A stretch of DNA of 64,000 nucleotides from Eledone cirrhosa (GCA_964016885.1 OZ024743.1:62868001-62932000), one strand, 5' to 3'; shown: positions 1-13,141, numbered from the stretch's first letter. Notes: generated by a model not told the origin, from the letters alone. Made by a program: numbers and translations.

Positions 1-2
1 CG

Positions 3-914
3 CTGAAAAGCAGTTTTGAAAATGGTGACGTAGGGGTTTATGGTATGAAGCATATATTGAAGGGGCTGCAGAAAAAAAGGTATTGTTCCTTTAGCAACTG
101 AAGCTCTTCGTACAGTTTCTTCAGGTCCGTTCCCCATAAAGTAAATCTGGAGAAAACTGTGTTCATCGCCATCTTGTGGGATAAGGGAGCCAATTTGATG
201 GTAAATTTGGCCTTGCACTTTGAATGTGGGCATATAATTTCCATGTTTTATTGGTGTATGACCAAAGCTTGTCCTTTGGAAAGCCGAATTGTAGGCTCTT
301 ATATTTCTAAGAAAGTGTTTAGAATCAGAGTGGTCTCCAAGCAGCAGAGAATTCAAAGGTTCGGCACCGACTTGTAAATGAGGCAATCTAACCGTTCCAT
401 TGGAGCAGCATATACCGGTAGATTCTGCTGGCCACCTCATTGCGTTACAATGGACGCAAACAGTTGACATGTTACCAATGATGATATGTGGGTGGGATGC
501 GTAGTCCTCTTGGAGGCTGTAATGAAAAGCCTTCTTAGACCAGTAACAGGAAGAAACCCTCGGAAAGACATGAGAACGCATTTTCCGTTGAGAATCAGCC
601 GCAAGCCTTGTTGCCTTTTGGTCAACAGTCTCTAAAGCACGGCTATTTGAAGTAGAAGCAGCATCGCAAGCAAGCCGGAGTTCTGCTTGTTCAGCAGTCT
701 GTAATGCTCTGGCCTTCGAAGTAGAAGTAGCATTGCGAGCGAGCCGGAGTTCTGCTTGTTCAGTTGTCTGTAATGCTCTGGTGATCGAAGTAGAAGCAGC
801 ATTGCGAGCACGCCGTAGCATACATTGTTCTTCTGTCTCGCTTGCGCGCAAAGAACGCAAAGCAAAAGCATTTCTTGTTTTTCTCCCAATGTGACTCTTG
901 CTTTTTCGAGGCAT
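3..914 (-). mobile_element. Helitron RepHel N-terminal coding region, open to the window edge (not in ORF track)
   Basis: Manual translation from ATG 914 gives 304 codons with no stop: MPRKSKSHIGRKTRNA..., three about 23-aa R/A/E-rich repeats (RALQTxEQAELRLA), IGNMSTVCVHCNAMRWPAESTGICCSNG (Zn finger), FLRNIRAYNSAFQRTSFG, PTFKVQGQIYHQIGSL, FLQIYF, LHTINPYV. These are typical Helitron N-terminal motifs. Confidence 0.9.
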
Positions 915-1280
915 TCTATGGAAAATCTGTAATTGAATAAATCTGAAACAAATCATTAACTGTCAACCAGAGACTGATATACTACAGAACCTATTGTAAA
1001 TGTTCAATAAGCTATAAAGAAAATATCATTACTAACTGACTGATCACCGAGAAGAAATTGTAAAACACAATGCTGTAAATGTTATGTATATGTCGTTAAG
1101 GAATTGTCGCTTACAGCAACTATATTCCATGACATCGGCAATCAAATTACTGAGTACAATACTTGTCTACCTTGTAGGTTCTAGAAGTATTACAGTTCAT
1201 CAGTGCTAATTAATAAAAGAGTCTTGTAATACACAATATACAGCGTCATCTAAAGTGGTTATGTTTCTTTTATAAAAACA

Positions 1281-1420
1281 TCTCGCATCCTCCTTTAGCA
1301 ATGTGTACAATTTTAAGAGATCGGGTGAATAATACGCAAGTTATAATACTTTACATACACAGACAGAACGGGACTCGATCTCATCGAAAATCTGTAATTG
1401 AATAAATCTGAAACAAATCA
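1281..1420. repeat. Dispersed repeat, probably Helitron 5' region; second copy at about 5498-5594
   Basis: TCTCGCATCCTCCTTT...GAGATCGGGTGAA...ACAGAACGGGACT occurs at about 1281-1375 and 5498-5594. GAAAATCTGTAATTGAATAAATCTGAAACAAATCA occurs at 921 and 1386. Confidence 0.6.
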
Positions 1421-1578
1421 AATCAAAGAAATTTACCTGGTTGCTGTTTATAGGACTTCTAATGAAGATTTTGAATGCAAAGTCTCATAGGATTAGAAAA
1501 AAGGCGATATATATATATAAATATACCTGTAAACATATGTATGTATTTATCTATGCATGTATGTATATATAAAATATA

Positions 1579-4500
1579 TCTTAGTCTTAGTCTTCGGCGC
1601 ATCGAGCAGTAAGCACTCGCCAACGGTCACGATCAGCGGCAACTTTATCGAGACCGTGCCGTGATGTTGGCTGCCATCAGGTCCTTCCGGAACGTTCGTC
1701 GCCAGGTGTTCCTTGGGCAACGCCGCCTCCGTTTACCGCCAGGCGGAGTCCAGTTCATCGCTGTTTTCGAATGCCGTTCATTTGGCAGACGCAGAATATG
1801 GCTAGCCAGACGGCACCGACGCTCCGTGACCACTCTCTGTAGCGTCCACAACTCAGCTCTCCGCAGAATCTCCTCGTTTCGCACTCGGTCGCGCCAGGAC
1901 ACACGAAGGATCTTTCGCAGGCCCCGCTGGTGGAAAGCGTTCAGCCGTCTCTCTATTTTTGCCGTACTCTTCCAGGTCTCGCTCGCATAAAGCACTGTCG
2001 GCGGCACGATGCTCTTGTACAGGCGGAGCTTGGTCTTGGTGCTAATGCATGAAGACTGCCAGACTGGGCACAGCCGCTGGAAAACTGCGGCTCCTTTGCC
2101 GATCCGACAGTTGATGTCGAGCTCCGTGTCGCCGCTGCTTGTCAAGATGCTGCCCAGATAGGTGAAGTGATCGACTTCCACGAGGTCCTGTTGGTTGACT
2201 TTGATCACTGGACCTGTGTTGCTGGCCGTTCTCATGACCTTGTTCTTTTTGGTGTTGATTCTCAGGCCGATCTTTTCCGCACTCTCTTGTAGGGGTGTTG
2301 TCAGGGCCTACAGATCTGCACTGTTTTCAGCGATCAAAGCGAAGTCGTCGGCGAATGCCAGGTCCCTCAGCCTCGACTGCCCTCTCCATGGGATTCCTCG
2401 ACCGGGTCCTTCATCTATTCGCCTTAGTACGAAATCGGCTGCCAGTAGGGACAACAGTGGAGATAGAATGCAACCCTGTCTGACTCCGGAGACGATGTCA
2501 AAGAACTCCGTCTCACCGGACTCAGTCCGCACGCAGCAGCTGGAGTTTTCATACAAGGCCTTGAAAATGGCGATGAATCTTGCAGGAATGCCGTACAATT
2601 GCGCAACATTCCACATCGACTCCTGGTGTACACTATCGAATGTCTTCTGGAAATCAATAAAATTGACCGCCAAAGGCTGTTGTAGCTCAATGCATTGTTC
2701 GAGAATGTTGCGTAGTGTAAAGATCTGTTCCGTGCAAGATCGATTTTTTCGGAAGCCGGCTTGTTCCTCCCGGAGCACAGAGTCGACAGCCTGTCGGAGT
2801 CTACGCAGCAGCACAGTGCAGAACGCCTTGCCTGGGACTGACAGCAATGTGATACTATGCCAGTTGTTGCAGTCTGCTAGGTTTCTCTTCTTCGGAAGTT
2901 TGACGATGACACCGCGTTGCCACTCAAGAGGAACTCGACCAACTCTCCAGCAGTGGTTCATCAAGCCTGTCAACGCAGTTATCGTGCTCTCCTCACCGAA
3001 TTTGAGCAGCTCGCAGAGATCTCATCCAGTCCGCCTGCTTTCGAGTGGCTAATCGCATCTCTCGTCTCTTGCTTGGTGATACGGTCCTCGCAGACTTTGA
3101 GTACCTCAGTGGTTGCTGGAGTCTCTGCAGTCAAGTCTATCAGGGCGACCGGATTTGGTTGGTTCAGCGTCTCCCAGAAGTGCTCCATCCATCTCTGCTC
3201 CTGTTCCGCTCCAGTGGTCAACGTCTTGCCATTTTTGTCCTTCACTGGCATGCTGGCACCGATCGACATTCCTGTCAACTCCCTCACGACGCGGAACAGT
3301 GCTTTTGTGTCGTTTCGACCAGCAGCTTCCTCTGCCTCAGCACCCGTTTTCTCCAGCCAGTTACGTTTGTCCCGCTGGCAGCTTCGCTTTACCGGTCGGT
3401 CGATTTGGCGGTATACAGCATCTCTTTTCTTTTGGTCTTCCTCCGATCTAGCAGAATCTCGCTCGACTTTTGCCTTTTTTCGTCTGTCAATCAGGTCCCA
3501 CGTTGGTTCTTGGATCCATTTTCCCCTCCTCGTTCCTCATCTTCGGCCAATAGTTTCTTGTGCTGCTTCAGTCACCGCTGTCGTTAACATCGTCCATTGA
3601 TCTTCCAGATCTGCAGCCTCACTCAACTACTGGAATCAGTTGTGTAGCGCCACTTGGTACAGTCGCGCTTGATCGGGATACTTCAGCTTCTCCACTGCAT
3701 ATGGCTTTGGTCTTTCCTGTCGTGTCCGTTTCTTCAGGCGCAGCTGAAGTTCCACACACAGTGGGTGGTGGTCTGAGCCCACGTCCGCACCTCAGTACAC
3801 TCTGACGTCACGTACCGAGGACCGCCAGCGCTGGTGCTGCAGATGCAGTCGATCTCGTTTCGGCTTTTCTGGTCCGGAGACTGCCAAGTAGCCTTGTGAA
3901 TCGCCTTGTGTTTGAAATAGGTGTTGCTAATGCACAAGCTGTTGATGGCACAAAACAGCTGCAGTCTCTCGCCGTAGTCCGTGGTAACCGCAGCAGAACC
4001 AAATGGCCCAGTGACCTGTTCCAGTCCCTGTCTGTTGCAGCCAATCTGAGCGTTGAAATCACCGATCAGTAGTTTGATGTCATGGCTGGGCAAGTTATTA
4101 AATGTGTCCTGCAGCTGTTCGTAGAAGGCGTCCTTGTCGATGTCGGTTGCGTCATCAATCGGTGCGTAGCCCTGAACAACAGTGATTTTCGCATGCCCAC
4201 TTTGAAAACGGGAGGTTATGATACGCTCGCTGACTGGCTCCCATCCAAATCAATGCTCGAGTTGCTCGGGCGCTAAGCACAAGTCCAACGCCATGAACGT
4301 GCTTGTCTTGGTGTCCAGAGTAGAGCAGAGTTGTGTCTCCGCTGCCACTTATCTTTCCGCTGCCGGTCCAGCGCATTTCACTCACGTCCAGAATGCCCAG
4401 CTGGTAGTGGTCGAACTTCCTGCCTGGTATAGTGTACGCACGTTCCAAGTTCCAATTCGCATCTTTGTTTTGGTGCTCAGAATCCGACTCATCGGAACCC

Positions 4501-4756
4501 CAACGTCCTTTAGGCTTTGGTTGAGGTCCGTCAAGAGTGGAATGTTTCCCACGCCTTCACCTTTACGCCGATCATCTTTGTTTTTTTTTTGGCTTTTATT
4601 GCTGTTTCTTTAGCGGTTAGAATTTTTACAGCAGTGCCGTGTTGCTAACCCGACGCCTGCCGCCTGTATTTGCCAATTCTTTGCCCACTGAGATTAGTGG
4701 TTGGCACCCGTTCGCCACGATGAGGCGTCCGGCGAGACCAGGGGACTCGTCAGGGG
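1579..4756 (-). mobile_element. Near full-length GC-rich RTE-clade LINE (APE endonuclease + RT), frameshifted
   Basis: ORF fragments contain GTWNVRT, SEMRWTGSG, LLIGDFNAQIG, EEQAGFRKNRSCTEQIF, GVRQGCILSPLL, LAFADD, FTYLGS and YASETW. The 3' tail is (CTAAGA)n at about 1579-1595. Both flanks carry an approximately 70-bp direct repeat. Confidence 0.93.
4658..4738 (-). ncRNA. Degenerate HDV-like ribozyme candidate at RTE 5' end
   Basis: Minus strand: P1 GTCTCGCC/GGCGAAC, P3 ACG/CGT with loop CCTCAT, GG for P1.1, P4 GCCAA...TTGG, J4/2 CAAAT. The P2 5' strand appears to be missing. Confidence 0.4.
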
Positions 4757-5594
4757 ATAATATATATATATACACCTGTAAACATATGTATGTATTTATC
4801 TATGCATGCATATATAAAATATTGTCATATTTACAAAAATATATATATATATACCTGTAAACATATGTATGAATTTATCTATGCATGCATGCATATATAA
4901 AATATTGTCTTATTTACAAAAATATTTTTCTAATATCGTGTTTAATATTTTATATTGTCGTCTGCTTCTCTTCTCACAACATGTGGTTACTTACTGTCTC
5001 ACTCTCTCTTTCTTTCCCATCTCACACAGCCTCTTCTTTCTCTCTCTTTTTGCCAGACCCTTCTCTCACACAGCCTTCTCTCTCTCTACCTTCCGCTTCC
5101 TTTTTTGTCTCTTTCTTTCTGTCGCTGTTTCCCTCCTATAGACATTCTCTCTTCTACTCTGCACTTTCTACTTCCTTCACTTTCTCAATGAGTAAATACA
5201 TACACACGTATACGTACAGATATAAATATACATTTATATATTCATTTTTATCTTTATCGTTTTACTTTATAACACCCCCTTACTTACTATTTTTACTGTA
5301 TTTTAATTTTTTCATTTTTCATATATATTTTAATTCTTTATTTTTATTTTTATATATGTATCCATACCTTGTCTGACATTGTGTCTCACTATATCACACA
5401 CCCTTACCCTTGCGCACGCTTTCAAATGTTTATATCTGTATTGGCGATTATCACTCTGAAAGTAACAATTATGCAATAAATAGTTGTTATTGTCACGTCT
5501 CGCATCCTCCTTTGGCAATGTGTAAAATTTTAGCGAGATCGGGTGAACAATACGCAAGTTATAATACTTTACACACACAGACAGAACGGGACTT

Positions 5595-6419
5595 ATAATT
5601 TGGTATGCTCCGCCAGCATCTTTAGCTATTAAAACACCTTTAGCACACTTATTTTTTAAAGCCTTGGATAAATGCTTCCCTAGATCACATAAATATTATT
5701 CTATCTTCAATAGACACACAGTTAAACTCTCTTATTCAACAACTATGAATATTGCTCAAAATATAGCAAAAATAAATAGTTAAAATCTTAATTTGAACCA
5801 ACATATAAATAGCGATAATAACAATAATAATAATAATAATAATACATTAGTTAATGGGAATAACAATAATAATAGTTTAAATATGAACAATAGTAGAACA
5901 CTTTTAAATAATAATCATAATAATAATAATATGAATAGTTTAGGGTATAGAAATAACATCGAGAAGAAATGTAACTGTAGAAAGAAGTCAGAATGTCCGT
6001 TACAAAATAACTGCCTTGACAAGAATCTAGTATATAAATGTACCATAAAGACAAATAATAATATATATAACTACATTGGTGCCACTTCATCTAAATTTAA
6101 GGTTCGTTGGTACAATCATAAAAATTCCTTTTCTAAACCAGATGAAAAATTTTCAACCTCACTTTCACAATTAATATGGTTTTTGGAGGACAAGAATATT
6201 AAATACTCCATCTCTTGGACTCGGTTAAAGAATGCCAATTCCTATCGGAGCGCATCCATTTCGCTAAATTGCAATCTTTGCAATCTTGGGCCTCTATTGA
6301 TAATTACAAATTATGACAATTTAATTAACAAGAAAAATGAATTATTCAGCAGCTGCCAACATAAATTCGGTAAAACATTTCAGGCATTGTACAAGTTTCG
6401 AAAAAATATTGACAATTAA
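5595..6419 (+). mobile_element. Penelope-like element, 5'-truncated: RT thumb, Asn-rich linker, GIY-YIG endonuclease
   Basis: IWYAPP...FKALDKCFPRSHKYYSIFNRHTVKLSYS, then a stop at about 5781, a poly-N linker, then CNCRKKSECPLQNNCLDKNLVYKC...YIGAT..FKVRWYNHKNSF...CNLC...NKKNEL...CQH. AT-rich putative 3' sequence continues to about 8100. Confidence 0.88.
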
Positions 6420-7600
6420 TAATTTTTAAAATATATATATCATTTTTGCCTTACTGGGGTAATAATTTATTGATGTTTTATCTATTAGAATAATTTCATT
6501 AAGAGTCTCTGTATCCTATGTTTTGATTAGGACAGTTCAATATTTAACTAGACAATTGTTGGTTTATGGTTTAGAAATATCACTAGATTTCAGAGTAGAT
6601 ACATGGTTTAAATGTTCACATATGGTGAATGAGTTATCTTCCTTTTGTTTACATTCTTCGTAAATATTTTTATTCTGTTTAAATAGCTTGCTAAATTATA
6701 TTTGAGATGAATTATGTAGTTTAATAATATAAGAATATCTTTAAAAAGAAACTATAATAATATGTAATTACAGAAGTAAATATAAATTAACGAAATAAAA
6801 CTTTTGAGAGTAAATATAACTGCAATTTAATCCTGTAATTATATGATAATTAAAGAATAGAAATGATTTTATAAAGAGAATATCCTATTTAAATAAAATA
6901 ATTCGGATAAAAAATGATCTTAATATATTATATATATTGATGGTGATATATGCATGTATTTTAATATATATTTTAATGCATGTTTAATAACTATTTAAAT
7001 TTGCTTTAAAGATAAACATTTTTTAAAGTTGTAACAAAATACTTAAGGAATATATTACCTAAACCAAATATTATAATCTATAATGAGTTAAATAAATTAT
7101 ATAAATTTTTTATTAAACAATTTATGTGACGGCTATAAAAAGTAATGTATATTGATTAATTTTGATATAATATATAAGTATAATTAGCTTAACCATAATC
7201 AAATACAAGAGATATTCAATGGTTTATGGTAATTGATTGGTTGCCTCAAATGACCTAATATTTGAAAACAACGGTTTTTTTCTATCTATCCCCCTATATT
7301 TTATGTTCCCTCTCTTTTCTTGTTATTTCTCCTTTCTTTTTTTTTATATATATTTCTTCCTCTATTCATCCATCCATTTATTTATTTTTATTCATTTAAT
7401 TTTTTTTTTCTTGCCTTTCCTCCTCTATACACCCTCTCTTATATCTATAATTCGCTTCACGTCCTTTTCTTCTTTACGTTTATTATATTATTATTTGTGG
7501 TATATAGATGTTGAGATTTGATGAAATAAATCACTGCCAATACAGGAATTGAGCTATCAAGACCGTAGAGGTATGTCATATACCAAATCATATATTTTAT

Positions 7601-7650
7601 CAGACGAGGACGTACTGAAAAAACAACACAGTACCTTCGAAATATATAGC
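7601..7650 (+). ncRNA. Degenerate hammerhead-like motif in PLE 3' region
   Basis: CAGACGA, stem GTACTG/CAGTAC, GAAA, palindromic TATATA. The core U is mutated to A. A similar CAGAAGAT-CCC-ATTAA-GGG-TGAAA motif lies at about 8025-8048. Confidence 0.45.
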
Positions 7651-7680
7651 GGAGATTCATTTGGTCTCCTAGTTAGAATT

Positions 7681-7940
7681 TTAGTCTACGACTTCTGCTA
7701 TACCATTTACGTGGTTTTGTCTTTGAGTGCTATTGTTCTCCACGCTCCACATATGACGTATTATCTTCGTTTTTTCGTTTATTGCCAGAGAACGTCTCTA
7801 TGCACCACCTAAGAGAACATTAGTCTACGACCTCTTTTATACCATAAACGTGGTTCTGTCTTTGCGCGTAATTGTTTTTATTATTAATGACGTATTATTC
7901 GTTTTTTCCCGTTCTTTGCCAGCGAACGTTTCCACGAATC
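7681..7940. repeat. About 140-bp diverged direct repeat pair
   Basis: TTAGTCTACGAC...TACCAT..ACGTGGTT.TGTCTTTG...TGACGTATTAT...TTGCCAG.GAACGT occurs at about 7681 and 7820. Confidence 0.7.
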
Positions 7941-8287
7941 AAAGTATCGTCTTCCTGTCTTCCTCCGGTTGCAACGTTTTTTGAAATATCCAGTTCTGCG
8001 TTTACAGATTGACTTTGTTAGTTTCAGAAGATCCCATTAAGGGTGAAAGCAGCGATTCTTTGCTTAAACTTTAATCTGTTATTTTAATAAATATTTGCTC
8101 TACGGTTCTTATATATTTGATATATATTTATCCTTATCGAGCCCTCTTTGGATTTTAGTCTTAAAATTTATTATTATTACTATATATATGTATATATATA
8201 TATATATATAGCGAGGGAAAAGTGGTAAGGAACCAGGTGGACCATAACGCACCAAAGTACTCAATACTTAGGGTAGTAGAGTGGGTA

Positions 8288-8403
8288 ATAGGAGTAAGTA
8301 AGACCCCGACGGCTGAGCTCAAGCCGTTTCGACGGCTAATTCTGTACAGAAGAATTAGCCGTCGAAACGGCTTGAGCTCAGCCGTCGGGGTCTTACTTAC
8401 TCC

Positions 8404-8406
<3 letters not shown>
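8288..8406. repeat. Perfect inverted repeat, about 56-bp arms, 7-nt loop
   Basis: ATAGGAGTAAGTAAGACCCCGACGGCTGAGCTCAAGCCGTTTCGACGGCTAATTCT - GTACAGA - reverse complement. Confidence 0.92.
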
Positions 8407-9067
<661 letters not shown>

Positions 9068-9191
9068 GGTGTTAAAGTTTGCTTGAAGCATTGTGAAATG
9101 TGTAAAATACTTAGTTAAGAAAGCCACAGCAATGCAGAGGGAAATCTCGAGGTAGGAAGTGAATGATAGATAGGAGAAACAGGTGAAAGTG

Positions 9192-9235
<44 letters not shown>

Positions 9236-9271
9236 ATATATATATGTATATATATATATATATGTATATAT

Positions 9272-9302
<31 letters not shown>

Positions 9303-9559
9303 CAACTAGAAATTGATTGACATATATATATATCTAAAATAAATAACATTACAAATCGTTTGAAATTCTTTCAGAATGAAAATATAAACAGAGCATATAA
9401 ATAAATTTACAGTAGAATAACATAACAAATATGTTTTAAATATATACATAAATAACATTACAAATGCTTCAATAACATTATAAATAGCTTGTGATTCATT
9501 CAGAAAAATATGTTCTTTTAATGTTACAATATTAAAGAAAATGTAAAGGAAGGAGTGAA

Positions 9560-9891
9560 CAACCAAGCCAACACCACAGCAACGTCGCGAGGAGTACTGG
9601 GCAACCTCTCTAATGACTTTTGAGGCAAGCCAGCACACTCGCAGCGTTAACTCGGGTGATGGCAAGGCTGATGCGTTGAAACAGCCAAGCGCCTTCGCGA
9701 GATTCGCCAGTTACCTCTATTAAGCGAGCCGCCAGTGAAGAGAGGAACCTTGTAGTCAGCGGCCCGACTACCCCAAACGTCTCGAAAGCCACAAGGTGAA
9801 AAATGGATCTGGCCGACAGATCAGAGTATTTGAGGGTCTTACTCCGCTCGGCTGCAGAAGCTGTGGCTCTCGTCCTAACCGCAGCATCCAA
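9560..9891 (-). mobile_element. CRE-clade non-LTR retrotransposon fragment (restriction-like endonuclease C-terminus)
   Basis: AAERSKTLKYSDL...VAFETFGVVG...TGESREGAWLFQRISLAITRVNAASVL. A partial duplicate lies at about 10330-10468. Confidence 0.8.
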
Positions 9892-10944
9892 TCACAGGGA
9901 ATAATTTGTCCAGTGTGTAAGCACACACAGCTATGTAGGTAACTAATTAAAGTTTAACTAGAACTTTAAATATAGATACCTTTTAAAATGATTAATCTTC
10001 CTTGTATATATTTCATTAAAGAAATATATTTCACCATCAATCGATTGGTAAATCACAGTAGTCAAATCCTTTCATTTATCATTTGTTCTCTCTTTATTGC
10101 AATCTATTTCTCTTTATTCAACAAATTTCAATTCGGTTATATAATGTTTGCAATAAAAAGAAAAAGAAAAAGAAAGAGAGAAAAAAAAATTAAATAATGA
10201 AAGTAAGGAAAAGGTTTAGGGGAAGAGAAAAGGGGGAAAAAAACTGTGTGGAAACTTAAGAAGGAATACCAAACAGTACTAAAAACAAACAAACAAACAA
10301 ATCCTCGTTTAAAACAGTAAAGAAAATGTAAAGGAAGGGGTGAACAACCAAGCCAACACCAGAGCAAAAGACAGCAGCTAGGGGTACTGGGCGACCTCTC
10401 TAATGACTTTTGAGGCAAGTCAGCACACTCGCAGCGTTGACTTGGGTGATGGCGAGGCTAATGCGCTTGCCTTCTTTCTCACCCTCTTTCCCCCAGACGT
10501 TCCATTGTTCTCATAACGAACGCTCTTTGTATAGCTATGTATTTATCTTTCCATTTGTACCCCCTCTCTATCTCTCCCTCTAGTTTGGAATATATTCTTT
10601 GATGTACAATTTATCGTATTTGTTTTAGTTTTGTTTTGTTAGGTAGTTAAGGTGCGTATAAATATTAACAGCAACAAGCAATAATATATACACAATAACG
10701 ATAACAATAATAAAAAAAGAAAAGGGTACAAAAGGAAAAAGAACAGGAAAATATAGAGAAAAAAGAGAAAAAGAAAAAAAAGAACAGGAAGGGTGGTGGT
10801 GGTGGTGGCAAGAACTCTGGTGGGGAAGGGTGATTGGGCTTTGGGCCTAGGGCATGGGGGAAGAAGGGCTGTGCCCCACGGACAATGGTCAGTGACACCC
10901 ACTGCAACAACTACCCAACCTCGCAGGGCTGCTTCCTCAGACAG

Positions 10945-11105
10945 GCCGCCGACGTTCTGGATAATCCAGCCGGCTCCAGAACTGAGGGGATATTTACCCG
11001 AGTCAGGGCTCGTTTAATGATCAGGTTTAACTCGGTGTGGTGGGCAAAACGACCAGCATTCAGGTAGCAGGACAAACCATGTAAACCTGTGGAGTCGAGG
11101 ACCTA
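10945..11105 (-). mobile_element. CRE-clade fragment, zinc-knuckle region
   Basis: Manual translation: VLDSTGLHGLSCYLNAGRFAHHTELNLIIKRALTRVNIPSVLEPAGLSR. Confidence 0.78.
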
Positions 11106-11329
11106 CCAAAAACATTTACTACACACATTAGATATAAACGTTTTTCAACAAATGTATTTATGCATAGCTGCAATTATTATTTTCCAATCATCTCTTTCCT
11201 GAGCAATGTCGAGTAATAATGCTAGGAGGACGAAGAACTCATTCTGCTTTTAAATTACCACTAAACCTGGTCACAAATGATAGTCCAGTCCAACTTGGAA
11301 CACAAGCAAAGACTCAGTTCCACCAGAAG

Positions 11330-13008
11330 TGTTGCACCAGTGCCACCTGATCATTTGGGATGAATGCACCACTTCACATAGAGGAGCAAATGAAGCTCTT
11401 GATCAGACCTTACAGGCCATAAGATGCAACAATACATCTATGGGAGGAGTTACATTAGATTTATCAGGAGACTTCAGATAGACATTTCCAGTTATTCCGA
11501 GAGGAACAAGAGTTGATGAAATAAAAGCATGAATTAACTCTTTGCAGTTCAAGTACAGAATTTCTCCTTCAATACTAACAAGTGAGTTTTATTACACAGG
11601 GACCAATATGCAGAACAGTTTTCAACCCGACTCCTTCAATTAAGAAATGGGGCAGTTCTAATCGATGGGAATGGTGATATCAACTTGGCTTATATTGCTA
11701 TCATGGTGGATTCGCCAGCTAAATTAAAGAACAGGGTATTTCCAGGCGTAAGTAATCATTATAACTCACACAAATGGTTGTGTGAAAGGGCAATTCTTGC
11801 TCCAAAATAAATGAGGCAGTAGCAAGGATTAACCATGAGATAATGAATTAAGGAGTACAAATCAGTCCAGTCATCATCATCATTATCATCATCACCGTTT
11901 TACGTCCGTTCTTCCACGCTAGCATGGGTTAGACGGGTTGTCCTGTTGTGGGCAGTGTCCGGTCAGCTGACCTTGTCTTGCTCATACGGGAACTGATTCT
12001 GGCTTGATTTATACAGCTGGATGCCCTGCCTAACACCAACCTCATTTACATTGAGTTCTGGGTGCTTTTTTTCCGTGGCACTTACATGTCCACTTTACAG
12101 TGTAGGCTGGGTGCTTTTTTTTGCCATGGCACCTCCACAACCACTTTGCAGTGGAATGATAGGGACCCCAGTCCTATCATCTCATTTCTACAGCTGAGTA
12201 AACTGGAGCAATGTGAAATAAAGTGTCTTGCTCAAGGAAACAACACATCACCCAGTCCGAGAATTGAACTCACAACCTTGATGAAAATCAATCTGTCCAC
12301 TACCCAACAGAGTTCCTTAATTCTCTTGAGCCACCTAAAATTCCTCCACATAAACTTTTCCTGAAGGTTGGAGTCCCAATAATGCTTCTAAGAAATTTAG
12401 ATCCTCCTAAATTATACAATGGGACAAGGTTGATTGCGAAGACTTAATGATCTAATGTGATTGTTGCGACCATTATCACTGGGTTTGCCTCTGGGGAAGA
12501 TGTTTTAATTACAAGAATTCCAATCAAACCAACGGACATGCCATTTGAGTTCAAACGAACACGATTCCCATTGCGACTTTGCTTCGCAATGTCTATTGAT
12601 AAAGCTGAAGGTCAGACTTTGAAATCTACTGGCTTGCACTTAATTGAACTTCGCTTTTCTCATGGTCAACTTTACATTGGTTGCTCCAGAATGAGTAGTT
12701 TACAAAACTTATTTGTCTATGCTCCAAACAAGAAAACAAAGAATGTTATTTACTCAGAAGATCTTATGCAATTTCCTTCAATATATGTCTTGGAATTTAT
12801 CTCTCCTCTTAAAAGTGATGAATTTTGTATTTTCATTATTTTTTGTATTATGAATTCAGAATAGATTTCATCATGTACCTAAATTAAAGAATAAATGGAA
12901 TTTAGAATAAAAATATTCTATACAACATGTTTTTGCTTTCTTTTTCTAATATATAATAATATATAAGGAACACTTTCATTCCCGGGTAACGTCGGGTGCC
13001 TCTGCTAG
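11330..13008 (+). mobile_element. Degraded Helitron (Pif1-like helicase) with canonical 3' end, interrupted by a SINE
   Basis: [54 protein letters not shown]. The 3' hairpin CCCGGGTAACGTCGGG (12981-12996) is followed by CTAG (13005-13008) and T. A weaker Helitron-like end lies at about 11198-11225. Confidence 0.9.
11873..12280 (-). mobile_element. tRNA-derived SINE with RTE-type tail inserted in Helitron
   Basis: Close reverse-complement match to the full copy at 52595-53031, with a (CAT)n tail at the left end. Confidence 0.85.
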
Positions 13009-13022
13009 TCAGTATATAAAAA

Positions 13023-13082
13023 TAGAATTTGCTTCTGGGTGTATGCGCGTCTGACTTGTACTCAAAGATTACAAAATGGGAT

Positions 13083-13141
<59 letters not shown>

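Noticed and set aside
1661-3600. Plus-strand ORFs of 109-285 aa
   Set aside because: Antisense shadows of the GC-rich RTE coding region.
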